DNA of 28,509 nucleotides from Polyangiales bacterium (lineage in GTDB: Bacteria > Myxococcota_A > Polyangia > Polyangiales > Polyangiaceae): the NCBI GenBank assembly GCA_038230375.1, contig JBBRNJ010000101.1:1-28509 (forward strand), in the 5' to 3' direction. The notes under the pieces were generated by a model, which worked only from the letters and a program-made list of their open reading frames with translations, was not told where the DNA came from and ran no database searches. How positions within the stretch are numbered: position 1 is the stretch's first letter; every line of letters starts with the position of its first letter. The translations under genes were made by a program, and so were the position numbers. Shown one piece after another: positions 8,210 through 16,600 of the stretch.

Positions 8210-8815
8210 ATGAACATGTCGGCTTTGAATGCGAAGCTTGCTTCAGTGGTGTCCCTCGGTTTCTGCGCGACTGTGCTGTTCTCGGGCGCGTGCAGCAGCA
8301 GCACGTCTCACCCGCCCACCGCGACGGGCGGAAGCGGGGGCGGCGGCGGGGGGGCGTCTGAGGAGGGCGGTTCGGCCACCGACGGCGGCGCCCCCTCCGA
8401 CCTCGACAGCGGTCACTGCCTGAGCGGGACTTTCCAGCTGGACGCGGATACGGGCCTCGGCGGCGCGAACGAGATCGCTGGCACCGTGCAGTTCGCTCAG
8501 ATGGTCAACGCTGGCCACTCCATCGTGCTCACCATCACGAACACCATGAACGCGTCCGTGACCTACGCCGACACGTTCAGCTTCATGACGCAGAAGAACG
8601 ACTTCACCTTCAGGCTGCGAAACCTGCCTGATGGCACGTACGTCATCCAGGCGCAGGCGGACATCGTGAGCACGTCGAGCCCCACAGATCCTGGCGATCT
8701 CGACGGCTACTACGGAGGCACGGTCGTCACACCCATCCATACGCGCGCCGACAGCACGCCGATCACGGTGCCTGCGTGTCGCGGAACCACCGAGTTCGGA
8801 ATCGGTCCGAAGTAG
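8210..8815 (+). CDS. Lipoprotein with a predicted beta-sandwich domain
   Basis: Lipobox FSGA-C, a Gly-rich EGG/DGG linker, and FRLRNLPDGTYVIQAQAD...PGDLDGYY, which resembles Ig/prealbumin-like modules. Start 8210 or 8216. Confidence 0.75.
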   Translation: MNMSALNAKLASVVSLGFCATVLFSGACSSSTSHPPTATGGSGGGGGGASEEGGSATDGGAPSDLDSGHCLSGTFQLDADTGLGGANEIAGTVQFAQMVNAGHSIVLTITNTMNASVTYADTFSFMTQKNDFTFRLRNLPDGTYVIQAQADIVSTSSPTDPGDLDGYYGGTVVTPIHTRADSTPITVPACRGTTEFGIGPK

Positions 8816-8888
8816 TAACGGGGGCGCGAGAAATCGCATACGCTACGGGTGGACGTTTCTTTCGTTCCCCTTTTCGCTGGAGGCCTCG

Positions 8889-10085
8889 ATGTCATCGCGC
8901 GCAACCCTTTGGTCCGCACTCATCCCCGGAACCTTGGCGGTGGCGTTTGCTGGATGGCTCATCGCCTGCGGAAGCGACTCGAAGGCGCAGAACGGTGACG
9001 CGGGCACGACTCAGGAAGGCGGCGCGGCCGACGGTGCGCCCGAGCCGACACCAGAGCAGCAGTTCCGCGCACTCGAGCCAGCGCTCACCGCAAAGTGCGG
9101 CGGCACGAACGGCGTCTGTCATGTGATCGGCTCGTTCAGTCACGCGCCCACGTGGCTCGCCAAGCCGGACGCCTACGTCTCGGCGAAGGCCTACAAGGGC
9201 ATCATCCCGTTCTCCGGCGATACGAGTGACAGCATCCTCCTCACGCAGGCCGAGCACGAAGGGCCGTCGCTGCAGTCATCCCCCGATCTCTTCGGCAAGG
9301 TGCGCGCATGGATCGAGGCGGAGGTCGGCGCGAAGAAGCTGCCGGAGACGGACCCGTTGTCCATCATCGACGGTCAGAACACGATCGATCTGACCAAGCT
9401 GATGCCCAGCCTGCCGGGCGCCAAGCTCACGTTCCTGGCTCAGACCAACAACGACATCCTCACGCTCACGTCGATGAAGATCTATTCGTCCCCGATGGGT
9501 GGCGTGCACATAGACTCGCCCTTCTTCGTGATCGTGCCGAAGAGCGGCCCCGTCATCGCCGACCCCGTGACGAACGGCTTCACCGGCCCCCTCGACATCC
9601 AGAAGAACACGTCGCAGGACTTCTACTCCGGCAACATCATCCTCCTGAAGTGGGCATCGACCAGCCACCTGCGCGTCGCATTCAAGGTGTATGGCCCGCT
9701 CGTCAGCACCGTCGACGCGGGTCCGTCGGGAGCATGCACCAACATCGCGTCCTTCATGACGAACGCCAAGCCGGCCTTCTTCAGCAACACGCTCACCATC
9801 CCGCCGGACGCGGGCGTCGCAGCGGGCCCGGGCTCCTGCACCAGCTGCCACAACGGCGGAGACGAGGTCGCGCGCAACGCCATGGACCTCACCACCCTCG
9901 GCACGGACGACGCCAACGCGTGCGCCCAGGCGCGCAACTTCATCAACTTCGGCGACAAGACGAAGAGCACACTGGTGCTCAACCCTCAGGGCCTCTCGAA
10001 CCCCGGTCACCCGATCACCACGCTCATGGCCAACGACCCCATCGTGGTGGGGCTCAAGCAGTGGGTCACGGACGAGAATCCCTGA
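8889..10085 (+). CDS. Lipoprotein with two cytochrome c-like domains (CX6CH and CXXCH)
   Basis: Lipobox LIA-C, CGGTNGVCH (9096-9122) and CTSCH (9837-9851). Each domain ends in a His followed by a W-[IV] helix. GGAGG SD. Confidence 0.78.
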   Translation: MSSRATLWSALIPGTLAVAFAGWLIACGSDSKAQNGDAGTTQEGGAADGAPEPTPEQQFRALEPALTAKCGGTNGVCHVIGSFSHAPTWLAKPDAYVSAKAYKGIIPFSGDTSDSILLTQAEHEGPSLQSSPDLFGKVRAWIEAEVGAKKLPETDPLSIIDGQNTIDLTKLMPSLPGAKLTFLAQTNNDILTLTSMKIYSSPMGGVHIDSPFFVIVPKSGPVIADPVTNGFTGPLDIQKNTSQDFYSGNIILLKWASTSHLRVAFKVYGPLVSTVDAGPSGACTNIASFMTNAKPAFFSNTLTIPPDAGVAAGPGSCTSCHNGGDEVARNAMDLTTLGTDDANACAQARNFINFGDKTKSTLVLNPQGLSNPGHPITTLMANDPIVVGLKQWVTDENP

Positions 10086-10202
10086 GTCGGATCCCGGGTC
10101 CCGCGCGTACCTGAGGCATCCAGGCGTCGCCGTGGATCGCGATCGATCCGCTGACGGCTGTCTCCCCCGCTGTTTTCTGGGGGATTCGTTTGAGACAGGG
10201 GC

Positions 10203-10218
10203 CGGCCCGCGGCTTGCA
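10203..10218 (+). promoter_or_regulatory. Putative sigma54 promoter
   Basis: CGGCCCGCGGCTTGCA = GG-N10-GC with TTGCA. GTG 10231 follows 13 nt after the GC. Confidence 0.6.
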
Positions 10219-10230
10219 GTTACCGGGGCC

Positions 10231-11166
10231 GTGAGCAACGACACGATCCCCGACGCAGCCGAAGCAGCCAAGGTGCCCAGCATCTCGATCATGGCCGCAG
10301 GCGTGATGCTCGCTTCCACCGATGCCGTCCCGAGCGCCGACGCAGACGCCGTCGACCCCGCTCGCGCGAGCCTGCACACCATCCCGGACGACGATGGGCC
10401 CTGCATCTCGGTGTCTGCGATCGAGGCTGCTCCCGTGGTTGCCCCGCCCCTGCCTCCCGCTGCCTTGAAGGTGTCCTCGCCCCCGCGTCCCGGCGTTGCC
10501 GCGCTGATCTCGAAGGCCGCGCCGATCTCCAACGCCGACCGGAATTTCGTCCCGCCGCCGCCCGCGTTCGTGACCAACGCCGTCACCGAAGCGGGAGCCC
10601 AGGCCGTGGCTGCTGCGCTCCCCGCATTCAACGCAGTCCCCGCATTCAACGCAGTCCCTGCGTTCCCCGCGCCTCCCCCGATGCCCACGTTCGTGCAGAC
10701 GCCGGGAAGCTTCGCGACCAGCGCGCCTGTACCGCGCCCCTTCGACCCGTCGATCTCCGACGAGGGCTCGTTGCCCCCGCTCACGCTGAGCCCCGACATC
10801 GACTGCAATACTGACGACCTCGACTTCCCCATGCCCCTGCGGTCCATGATCGACAGCATGTGGATGCCCGAGGACCCCGTCTTGACCCAGAAGATGGAGC
10901 CCGAGGTCGCGGCGCGCCGCGCTCGCTTCCAGCGCTTCGTGAAGGGCACGGTCGGCGGCTGCGCAGCGATGTGCGTCGTCGCGATGTTCTGCACGCTGGT
11001 GAGCCATCTCACGAGCGACTCCACCAACGCAGCGCAGGACGCACGGCCCGTCGCCATTGCGCACGCGGCCAACACGTCGGTGCAATCCTTCGAAGAGGTC
11101 GACTACGGCAAGGCCGCTCGCGGCGTCACCAAGTCGGTGCGCGCCCGCTCGCAGGCCCGTCGCTGA
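10231..11166 (+). CDS. Pro/Ala/Asp-rich disordered protein with a single C-proximal transmembrane segment
   Basis: Low-complexity N-terminus, then ARRARFQRF followed by hydrophobic GTVGGCAAMCVVAMFCTLV. An 18-bp coding repeat (PAFNAV) lies at 10621-10665. Start uncertain. Confidence 0.65.
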   Translation: MSNDTIPDAAEAAKVPSISIMAAGVMLASTDAVPSADADAVDPARASLHTIPDDDGPCISVSAIEAAPVVAPPLPPAALKVSSPPRPGVAALISKAAPISNADRNFVPPPPAFVTNAVTEAGAQAVAAALPAFNAVPAFNAVPAFPAPPPMPTFVQTPGSFATSAPVPRPFDPSISDEGSLPPLTLSPDIDCNTDDLDFPMPLRSMIDSMWMPEDPVLTQKMEPEVAARRARFQRFVKGTVGGCAAMCVVAMFCTLVSHLTSDSTNAAQDARPVAIAHAANTSVQSFEEVDYGKAARGVTKSVRARSQARR

Positions 11167-11170
11167 CGGA

Positions 11171-12019
11171 TCAGCGACCGCTGCTGACGATCTTCATTCC
11201 GTGGCCCACGAGCGGCTGCAACGCCGAGGTGTCGGTGACGGCGGCGCCCTCGATGTAGAGGTACTTCAGCTTGGTCAGCGCCTTGAGCGCGCTCACGTCG
11301 GACACGAGCGTCTTCTTGATGGAGATCTTCTCGAGCTTCTTGCAGTTCGCGAGCGGCCCGAGATCCTTCACCTCGGTCTCGTCGAGCGCGAGCTCCGTCA
11401 GGTTCACCAGATTGCCCACCATCGTGATGTCGCGCACGGCCGAATGCGACACGTCAAGGCGGTCCAGGTTGACGAGCTTCTCGAGCGGCTTGAGGTCAGC
11501 GATCTTGCTGAAGGCGGCGCGGAGCGTGATGAGGCCCGTGAGGTTCGCGATCGGCGCGAGGTCGTAGATCTCACCGGGCCCGAGGAACAGATCCTTCATG
11601 CCCGTGAGCTTGGGGAAGATGCACGGATCGAGGTCGTCGACCTTCTGCGACTGCGTGAGATTGACGGAACGAACGTTCGCGAGCTCGCTCACCTTGATGC
11701 TCTCGCCCGGCTTCTTCGACAGCTTCTTGCGGAGCTCCGCCATCAGTGCCTGATCCTGGGACTCGACGGTGTCGCCCGTGCCACAGATGACCTCCTTCTT
11801 CTTCGGCGGGTCGGGGGCTGACGAGGCGCTGGGCGCCGGCGCTGATGCGAGCGCCCGCAGCGCGGCGTTCGCGGCGGATGCAGAGGCCGCGACCCTGGGG
11901 TCCGGGACCTTGGGCTTTTCGTCGTCGCAGCCGGCGGCGCCTAGGGCAGAGGCCCCGAGCAGCGCAAACACGAGCGACACGGACAGGACCTCGGCGAAGG
12001 AGCGAAGAACTGGCTTCAT
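11171..12019 (-). CDS. Internalin-like leucine-rich-repeat lipoprotein (282 aa)
   Basis: Lipobox AAG-C and about six to seven 22-aa repeats of the type IxDLxPLxxLxxLxxLxL. Confidence 0.88.
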   Translation of the reverse strand: MKPVLRSFAEVLSVSLVFALLGASALGAAGCDDEKPKVPDPRVAASASAANAALRALASAPAPSASSAPDPPKKKEVICGTGDTVESQDQALMAELRKKLSKKPGESIKVSELANVRSVNLTQSQKVDDLDPCIFPKLTGMKDLFLGPGEIYDLAPIANLTGLITLRAAFSKIADLKPLEKLVNLDRLDVSHSAVRDITMVGNLVNLTELALDETEVKDLGPLANCKKLEKISIKKTLVSDVSALKALTKLKYLYIEGAAVTDTSALQPLVGHGMKIVSSGR

Positions 12020-12086
12020 GGCAGAGGCACTATACAGCGGGTCCAAGACGGGCGCGGAGAGGATTTCGAGCTATATACCTGCCCGC

Positions 12087-12836
12087 ATGGCTCGCCGAAC
12101 CCCACGCCGAGGAGCGTATTGCGTGCTGCTCGCGTTCGCGTGCGGGCTCGTCGCATGCCGTGGCGTCCTCGGGATCGACGACGGTGCCCTGATCGAGCCC
12201 GGCGCGACCGAAGGCGGCGCGGACTCCGGCAGCATCGCCGTGGGTGACGGCGCCATCACCGCGGACGTGAGCACCATCGACGCGGGCCTCGCCGTGGATG
12301 CCGCGGCAAGCGAAGGCGGCTGCGCGACCTGCGCGGACGGGGGCTGCAAGGTGGACAACGACTGCGCCGACCCGATCCGCGGACGCTGCAGCAACGGGAT
12401 GTGGGGCACGGACGCGTCCTTCGTGTGCATCGCGCGCGACGTCTGGGGAACGCTTCATGCGGACCTGCCCACGGGCACCGTCGACTTCACCGAGCAGTAC
12501 TACGGCGACGTGTACCACCAGACCGGCTCCACCCTCATCCGCGTGCAGGTCGACAAGGGCTACACGATCTACAGCGTCACCGTGGCCGATGGCGCGACAA
12601 CCGGCTCGGGCACCCCGTTCTCCCCTGCCCTCACGTCGAGCATCTTCGTGAGCTTCGCCGACAACGCGCTGGGCGCATCGAAGGGAGGCTGGAACGGGGC
12701 CGGCACGCTCACCCTGACCGCCATGGGAACGGCAAAGGGCGATCGCATCGCGGGTACGTTCACCGGGACACTGACGCAGATGGGGACGAACGCGACGGCA
12801 CCGTTCCACGGTGAAATCGGGGTCACCGTGCCGTGA
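12087..12836 (+). CDS. Lipoprotein of unknown function with a small Cys knot and Thr/Gly-rich beta domain
   Basis: MARRTPRRGAYCVLLAFACGLVA-C-RGVLGI, an EGG/DSG/DAG linker, CATC...C...C...C, and a C-terminal GTLTLT...IAGTFTGTL beta pattern. Confidence 0.75.
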   Translation: MARRTPRRGAYCVLLAFACGLVACRGVLGIDDGALIEPGATEGGADSGSIAVGDGAITADVSTIDAGLAVDAAASEGGCATCADGGCKVDNDCADPIRGRCSNGMWGTDASFVCIARDVWGTLHADLPTGTVDFTEQYYGDVYHQTGSTLIRVQVDKGYTIYSVTVADGATTGSGTPFSPALTSSIFVSFADNALGASKGGWNGAGTLTLTAMGTAKGDRIAGTFTGTLTQMGTNATAPFHGEIGVTVP

Positions 12837-12876
12837 GCGGTTGCAGCACAGATCCAAGGCCGCCTATGCTCGGCAC

Positions 12877-13383
12877 ATGGCTGTAGATGTTCTTCGGGTG
12901 CTCTCCGGATCGGTGGAGGGCGGGACCTTCCGTTCCTCGGCCAAGCTCTCACGTGCGCAGGCAGAGGCGCTGCTCGAGGCGGCCTATCTTGCGACCGCCG
13001 CAAACGGCGACCTCTCGAACGAGGAGGCCACGGCCTACCGCGGCCTGGTGCCGGCGATCATGGCGCTCGCGGGCGAGAAGGCGAAGTCGCCCAGCGACGC
13101 CGAGCTCCGCGCACTGCTCGACAAGTTCGACGAGAACCTCCGGCACTCCACGCCGACGGAGCGTCTGGTCGCGCTTGCACCGGTGCTCGACACCGCGGAC
13201 CTGCGAGACATGGCCTACAAGGTCAGCTTCGCGCTCTCACTCTGCGATCTGGCGACCGACGACGACGAGGCGGATTTCCTCGATGCGCTCACCGACGCCT
13301 TCGGCCTGGCGGCGCGCGTGGACGAGCTGACCGCGGCGGTCTACGCGGACCTCGATCCAGGCGATCTCGAAGAGCCCAGCTGA
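12877..13383 (+). CDS. TerB-like (tellurite resistance family) protein
   Basis: Two helical half-repeats, AYLATAANGDLSNEE and ALSLCDLATDDDEADFLDALTDAFGL, typical of the TerB fold. Confidence 0.72.
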   Translation: MAVDVLRVLSGSVEGGTFRSSAKLSRAQAEALLEAAYLATAANGDLSNEEATAYRGLVPAIMALAGEKAKSPSDAELRALLDKFDENLRHSTPTERLVALAPVLDTADLRDMAYKVSFALSLCDLATDDDEADFLDALTDAFGLAARVDELTAAVYADLDPGDLEEPS

Positions 13384-13420
13384 GGGTCGAGCCACCGCTC
13401 GTGAGGGCACCGCTCGACCC
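13384..13420. terminator. Inverted repeat between convergent genes (possible bidirectional terminator)
   Basis: GGGTCGAGC (13384-13392) / GCTCGACCC (13412-13420). There is no clear U-tract. Confidence 0.5.
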
Positions 13421-13435
13421 GTCAGCTGGTCTGCG

Positions 13436-13597
13436 TCACTTCTTCGCGCTCTTCGCGGGCGCTGCGGCCTTCGGAGCAGCCTTGGGGGCTGCGGCCGTAC
13501 CGCCGGCGGCTGCCTTCTTGGCGCGCCACTGTGCGAGCTGCTTCGTGCGACGCTTCTTCTGCCTGTTGCGGACGGGGGGATCTTGCGCGGTGGTCAT
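13436..13597 (-). CDS. Small basic protein, 53 aa (absent from the ORF track)
   Basis: Hand translation: MTTAQDPPVRNRQKKRRTKQLAQWRAKKAAAGGTAAAPKAAPKAAAPAKSAKK*. All Lys codons are AAG, TATGGT lies 6 nt before the ATG, and a hairpin follows the stop. Confidence 0.75.
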   Translation of the reverse strand: MTTAQDPPVRNRQKKRRTKQLAQWRAKKAAAGGTAAAPKAAPKAAAPAKSAKK

Positions 13598-13666
13598 GAG
13601 CGGACCATAGCAAGGCCCGAACGCGCGCTCCAGCCAAAATCAAGGCCAGAGGTCACCGTGTCGCCC

Positions 13667-16600
13667 TCAACGCTTGGTGAGGGGCCACTGGGAGCTGACG
13701 GCCTCGTCCGGATTCGCGGAGGCGATGAGCTGCAGCCATGCGTCGATCTTGGAGAGCGATGGCCCGGTCCACGACATCTTGGAGAACCGCGCGAGGAGCT
13801 GAGGCGTGTGATCTCCGCACCGTGCACGATCGCCGAAGGCGGCGCGGGCGTCGTCGATCTCCTTCGCGGCCTCTTCCCAGCGGCCCTGGCGCTGACAGAG
13901 CCACGCGACAGTGAGGTGACGATGCTGGCGCGGCTCGGCCTCGTCCAGTGTGATCGCGCAGCATCGGGCGACCAGGTCGTCAGCGCGGGGATCGTCCTGG
14001 GCGAGCGCGACCTGCGCGAGCAGCAGGCGTGCCTCGAGCTCGCCCCACGGATCGTTGAGTCGCTCGTAGATCTTCAGGGCCACCGTCGCGTGAGCTGTCG
14101 CGGCAGCGAGATCGTTCGTGTCGATCCCGATCATCGCGAGGAGGCGTTCGCACGCGCCCTCACCGCGGGGCGTCTGGAGCTCGCGGAAGGCCACGCGCGC
14201 AGCAAGCGTGCGGGCACGTGCCTTGTCCATCTCGCCGGCGCGGTGGTCCGCGTGGCCCAGCACGACGTCGCACTGGGCCATGCCGAGCCGGTAACCGATC
14301 GCGTCGAACGCGGCGCGCGCGTCCACGAGGAGGCTGCGCGCGCGGCCATAGCCACCCACTGCGGTCTCGATCATGGCGAGCAGGATGAAGCACTGCGCGC
14401 GGCCGAGCGAATCGGAGAGCGCCTCGCAGCGGCTCACCGCCTCTGCCAGCACCGTGCGGGCGCGCGCGTGCTCACCGAGCAGGTAGTCGATCTCTCCCAG
14501 GACGACGAGCGCCTGCGCATACCCCCGGTCGTCCTTGGCGTGCTGGAACCGCGCGAGCGCCTGCTGCACGAGCGCCTTGCCCTGCGACGGCGCGCCGATG
14601 TCCGACGAGATGTGTCCGAGGAGCTTCAGCGCGCGCGCCTCTCGTTGCGCGTCCTGCGTCTCGGCGAACATCTTGCGAGCGCGCTCTGCCTGCTCGCGCG
14701 CCTCTTCGAGCTTGCCAGCGTGCCGCAGCGCCTCCGCGCGCCAGTACGCGTACTCCGCCTCTGTCTTGCCGGAGACGTGGCCGTCGAGCAGCGTGAGATC
14801 CTTGAGCGTGGCCGTGGTGTCGCGGCCGCGCGCCCACGCGCCCTCGATGAAGCGGAACATGAGATCCGCCGCGACGTCGTCGTCGCCTGCACGAAGCAGG
14901 TTTCGCACGCGGTGCTTCATGATGCGGCGCGAGCCGACCTCGGGATGTTTGCCGAGCGCGCTTGCGGCCAGGCGGAAGATCGCAGGCGCGTCGCTTCGCT
15001 CGTGAAGACGATTCAAGAGGTGCTCTTGCAGGAGCGCGTGTGCCCACCTGAACTGATCGGTTCCGGACGCGAGCAGGATCTGCGCGCGCGTGAGCGCCAC
15101 CAGCGCGTCGCGCGAGTCCATGCCGAGCGAGGTCGTGAGCGCGCGAAGGACCACGCCGCGGACGTCGTCGCCAAGGGCAGCGGCTGCATACGCCGCGAGG
15201 CGCATGTCCGTGGGCACGCCGCGCAGGCGCTCGTCCCAGAGCTCCGCGGTGGTGATGGCGCGACCGCGGAGCGCCTCCTCGGGCACGCGGTACTTCCCGG
15301 CTTCCATCTGCAGGTACCCGCCGCCTGCCCAGGCGTGCACGAGCTGCAGCGCAAAGAGGGGATTGCCGCGGCTCTGCATGGTGGCCGTCACGACCGCCTC
15401 CTCTTGCAAGGGCAAGGTGGCGCGGAGCAGCGCATGCGTCTCCTCCGTGCCAAGGGGCTTGAGCTCGAAGACCTTTCCCTTCCAGTCAGCGCGGAGGGCC
15501 TCCATGCGAAGGGCCGCGTCCAGATCGGTCTCGAGTGCCTCGCTGCGCGCGGTGGCGACGATGAGCAGACGGAGCCGCGGCGCGTCGCGGTGGAGGCGCG
15601 CGAGCATGTCGAACGTGTTCGCGCCGGAGAGGTGCAGATCGTCGAACCAGATGCACACCGGTCGGTCGCGGCCCATGCGCTCCAGGACGCGCCGCACAAC
15701 AGCCCACCGGATCTCGGGCGTGTCGAGGACGAACCGCTTGCCGGACGGGCCGACGGGGATCGTGGTTCCTGGTGGCGTGGGACGAAGCCACTCGGAGGTG
15801 GCGGCGACCCACGAGAGCGACTCGTCGTCCTCGGCCTCGACCTCCCAGCGATTGATGAGCGTCTGCTCGACGAGCTCGCGGTCCGCGCCCTCGAGGTTGA
15901 AATATTTGTTCACCGCGCCCGTGAGGCCGTCGAGCGGCGACGGGGTGCGGCCGTAGCGCGCGCGGAGCGGCCACATGAGCCCGCGCTCGTGCACCTGCTC
16001 ACACAGCCATTCGACGAGGCGGCTCTTGCCGACGCCTGCTTCGCCGATGAGCGCGATCATACGGTGGGTCGTGCCGATGCCGGAGCAGAGCGCGCCGACC
16101 GTGTCCATCAGCTCGCGGCGCTCTTCCTCGCGCGCGACCATGGGAGACGGACGAAGTGAGAGCAGACCGGGCGCAAGCGAGCGCGCGGCCGCGATGGCCT
16201 TGCCCACGTCTACCGGCGTGGACGAGGGCGCGGGCGGAAGCGACGGCATGCTCGCCACGGTCTCTTCCATCGTGGGCGCCTCCGCAGGACGGAATAGCGA
16301 CCATGCGCGGCGTGCGTCTGCAGCAAGATCGAAGCGGTGCCACGGCTTCTTCGCGAGCAGTCGCTGTACGTATTGAGCGACCGCCGGCGGGACTCCGGGA
16401 CCAAGCACCGGCAACGGTACTGGCGTTCGCTTGTGCGCGCGCAGGACCTCCTGGGCCGTGCCCTCGAAGACCTCCTTGCCCGTCATCACGCGGTACATGA
16501 TGCAGCCGAGCGCGTAGAGGTCCGTCGCCGGGCCGACGTGCGCCGCGAGCTTCCGGATCTGCTCCGGCGCGACCCAGCCAACGGTCCCCGCGCCCGAGTG

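Noticed and set aside
9276..11075. 599-aa minus-strand ORF
   Set aside because: Overlaps two better supported plus-strand genes and has no motifs.
13422..13643. 73-aa minus and 69-aa plus ORFs given in the track
   Set aside because: The third-frame 53-aa ORF (13436-13597) has better codon usage, a promoter-like signal and coherent composition.
13583..16159. 858-aa plus-strand ORF
   Set aside because: Antisense shadow of the kinase-NTPase-TPR gene with no motifs. Long shadow ORFs are expected at this GC content.
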